A stretch of 64,000 bases of DNA, from contig NW_019091355.1 in assembly GCF_001949145.1 (NCBI RefSeq), forward strand, positions 494,083-558,082. The letters run 5' to 3'. The notes below the pieces were generated by a model. The model was not told the origin of the DNA and made no database searches. It worked only from the letters and a program-made list of their open reading frames with translations. This document shows positions 60,690-64,000 of the stretch, piece after piece. Position 1 is the stretch's first letter, and each line of letters begins with the position of its first letter. The position numbers were made by a program, and so were the translations under genes. The DNA is from Acanthaster planci (lineage: Eukaryota).

Positions 60690-62405
60690 GAGGGCACATC
60701 TGATTGTGCATTGGTTGTTTCATGGTCTTAGATTGAGAGATTTCACTGCTGCCTAGACCGGTACATATACACATGTCAGTTTGTAATGGGGTTGATATCA
60801 TGATGGTGACTTGACAATGAGCATACTGATTGGCTCATAGCATCAAATGCTGAAAGCTCATTGGAGTGTTGATAACGTTTTTATATATATTGTACATGTA
60901 CATACATGTATATGCGACCTCTGGACTTGGACCTATGCTGGTTTTTTGAACTTTTCTGTGTGCTAAATACCAGAAAAGTGGTCCAATTTTTTGAACTTCA
61001 TTAAGACATGAATTTCAGATTTGGTTTAGTTTGACTCAAATAAATTGTTTTCCTGAAATGATTGATTTACATGTATAACAAGATTTTTCTGGCATTTCTG
61101 AATCCTGAATGGATGAACTTATAACTTAGTAATTTGTAGTTGGCCTTGCTCAATTCTTTCAATGCGAAAGTTTGTCCTGTGTGAGAATGCACATTGATTA
61201 GACAGGAAAAATTCTTGAAAATAATAAGCCATCCAGGATAACATTTCATTTTGAAATGACTACAATTTGACTGCCAGAACCAGCCATTTCTAAAGAAACA
61301 CGTTTGCTTCAACTTCAACTTTAATTGGTTATCAACTTAACACACTTTCAGATTCTGTAGTAATTTTACAAACGAGTGCTTCTATCTACACATGATTGCA
61401 GATATAAAACCCACCAGTCATTATTGCACCCCTAAACCACAAGCATCACACACAGCCAGTCCAGTCATTAGCCCCTCATTAAAGAACACTTAGGAGTGAT
61501 TCGCGGCCCATTAGTAGCAATGATAGGGATTTGATGGGTGGCTGGGTGTCATTACAATAATGGCAGCCTGCACTGTAATTGCTTCAGTGTGACTACTGAA
61601 TTGGTTTGTCAAGTAGCATTACCAAGCATCCCCATAGAGCAAGGACGCTACCCCCAAGGATAGGCTTTGTTGAGAACATACACTGAAGTACTGTAGTCTT
61701 TTGATAGGACTGCTTACGTGTATTTCATTCAGAACTGTTTCAAATCTCAGATTCTGTAAAATTAAAGAGTTTGATTAGAAATCCCCAACACAAGCGCTTA
61801 ATTTGTACATGTATGTACTTGTAGTTTGTTATGTTGCTGAAAGCTTGTAGATTTAAGGCCTATTTATTTGTGAAGAGTTGACATTTTATCATTTTAAAAG
61901 CTGCTTAACAAGGCATATTTGTACTTACCATGAAACTGCCCAGACTCATTTTTACTAAGCTTCAATCCTTTACATTTCTTTCTACACACTGTAATCTGAC
62001 ACTACATACTGCACATTCAGGAAATCACAGTTGGTTCATTGAGTGCTCGTTTTCTCCTCTGTGCGTGTACACTGGATCACAAAATTGTGTTAGCTTGTAA
62101 TTTGACAGACCAATTCTCCTTGCCCCTTAAGGTTAATGCATGGTGGGCCTGACATCCCCCACCAGCCATCCAGGGGGGCCAAAATAATGTTGTCATAGTG
62201 CCCCACTACCCATGCCCAGATTTCTGCCACATTGATGCGTGCTGGTTGTATGGTGGTACAGTGCATGCTTGCAAGAATCTGCAGAGACAGTTCTTGGAAA
62301 CCGCAAACAGCCTAATTTATGGTCCGTATGAAAGATCTGGACAGAAAAATTTTCAATGGGATGAGAATTTCAAATGTCGAATTAAAGAAGGAAACGTGAC
62401 AGTCT

Positions 62406-62593
62406 GAACGTGCTTTGTAGGTACTAGTGCTATTATCTCTAAGAAAGTGCTTTATAGGTACTAGTGCTATTGTCTCTAAGAATGTGCTTTATAGGTACTA
62501 GTGCTATTATCTCTAAGAACGTGCTTTATAGGTACTAGTGCTATTATCTCTAAGAACATGCTTTATAGGTACTAGTGCTATTATCTCTAAGAA
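62406..62593. repeat. Minisatellite, 37-bp unit x5 (GAACGTGCTTTATAGGTACTAGTGCTATTATCTCTAA)
   Basis: Five head-to-tail near-identical copies start at 62406, 62443, 62480, 62517 and 62554, with no spacers. Confidence 0.95.
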
Positions 62594-64000
62594 AAAACTT
62601 TAAGAGTAATTTTCTTTTTTAAAGTTTCCACATGTTCGTGTCAGTTTTTCAGATATTCAGCTGGTTTGAATTCTTTAAGGAATAATAACTTGAGTCATCT
62701 TTGGTTGATCTGGTGTGATTACCATTGAATCTTTGCTTACAAATGAAAGATTGCTTTCTGGGCAATAAATTCACCAGTCGATATGAAGCCTACAGTAAGT
62801 TCAACACAAAAACAAACATGGCATTAATTTCAGCTATCGGTAAGTATTTCAAAGAAAAGAATCCCCCTTTGGAGCCATAACTAGCCCTCTTACACTTTTT
62901 TGACAACCTTTCAAGCTTTTGTTCAGATATCGTAGCAACAAGCCTATGATATTCATTCCAAGATGAACAATTTAAGGGAAGGATTTGGATGAGAGATTTT
63001 ACACATTCCTGGGTGCAAAGGGTGTTCCTACCTGCCTTATGCAATGTTATTACAAACCTCCAAATATATACCACAGGCGCTGACTTAGGCCGTCATAAAC
63101 CACACCATCCATCATATGGAGGACGTGTAAACATTTACGGAGCTGAGAAATGATGTGCCTTTCACTGGCTAACCTCTAGATGTGGCAGGCATACAGTCAG
63201 ATTAACTGCAGGGAGAATTGCTGGAATTTTTGGAACTAAAAGTCTACCACTTTTCTCGCAAGGTCACTGCATAACAGAACTATTCTGCTTTGAAAATCAG
63301 TGTTACTCAGCCATTATTTTCCATACTCATTCTGAAACACACATAATTGATTTATGGTATGCTTGCCTATTTGCCAAAATACATGCTCCATTCTGCTGTG
63401 AAGTAGCAATGACAACCTAGAATAATATTCACATAGGTACATGTACATGTTAAAAAGCCTCGAAATAGAAGTCAATTAAACCCTGGCACTGTTTTTTGGT
63501 AAGAATTTATATCTTATCAAGCACATTTCAGGGGGCTGATAATACAACACATGCTTGGTCAGTGTTAGTGGTTGGCTTCAGTTAGCAGGGAACTTTGTAT
63601 AGACATAATTAAATCTTCTTTGACTTATCAGTTGGGATAAGTGGAACTCTTCACTGGTTGGCAGAATTGTGGGTTTATAGCTTAGCTGATCCACACAGTT
63701 GGCCCAGCAGTATCAGTCAAAAGATTAATGCATCATGTGTAATTATACTTTTTAGGTACATAGAGACGGTCCAGCTGACAGCTCTAAAGAACTGCAGAAA
63801 ATGCATCAACCACAAGTACATGTATGAGACCTGCAGGTGTCTGGGGGCAGTGACAAAAAACAAAAGCTTGTTAGAATGGGAACTGTTAATCTGTCAGCCT
63901 TGAATACCTCACAGGTACATGCAGACCTCCGCTGTAAACATTTTGGGAGGATTGGGCAAGAATAGTTTACTGCAGGAGTCATACCAACAGGGCCATCCCA

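Noticed and set aside
62406..62593. 37-bp repeats of CRISPR-like length
   Set aside because: The units are directly adjacent with no unique spacers, there are no cas genes, and the context is a eukaryotic intron. It is a minisatellite.

Overview
This window is eukaryotic genomic DNA: AT-rich, with spliceosomal introns and many MITE/SINE relics. Gene content and repeat style suggest an invertebrate deuterostome, possibly an echinoderm (inference only). I assembled five protein-coding loci by hand from splice sites. (1) The 3' nine exons of a CDH23/CDHR2/Cad87A-type cadherin with a DDKP tandem-repeat tail and a C-terminal PDZ ligand (+, 262-5715). (2) A complete 3-exon CYP2-clan cytochrome P450 with a GC-AG intron and Asn in place of the catalytic I-helix Thr (-, 10887-15606). 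(3) An intronless rhodopsin-class orphan GPCR lacking the TM3-ECL2 disulfide (-, 20232-21485). (4) An intact OAS-fold gene with 4 coding exons, a degenerate catalytic Asp triad and few of the dsRNA-binding basic residues, i.e. a probable invertebrate OASL-like pseudo-enzyme (+, 24714-26904); this is the best candidate for new biology. (5) The 5' end of a MACIT (collagen XIII/XXIII/XXV-type) transmembrane collagen (+, from 41583), whose long introns are strongly enriched in the palindrome TACATGTA. No prokaryotic features, CRISPR array, rRNA or convincing tRNA were found. All family assignments come from remembered motifs and were not checked by database search.
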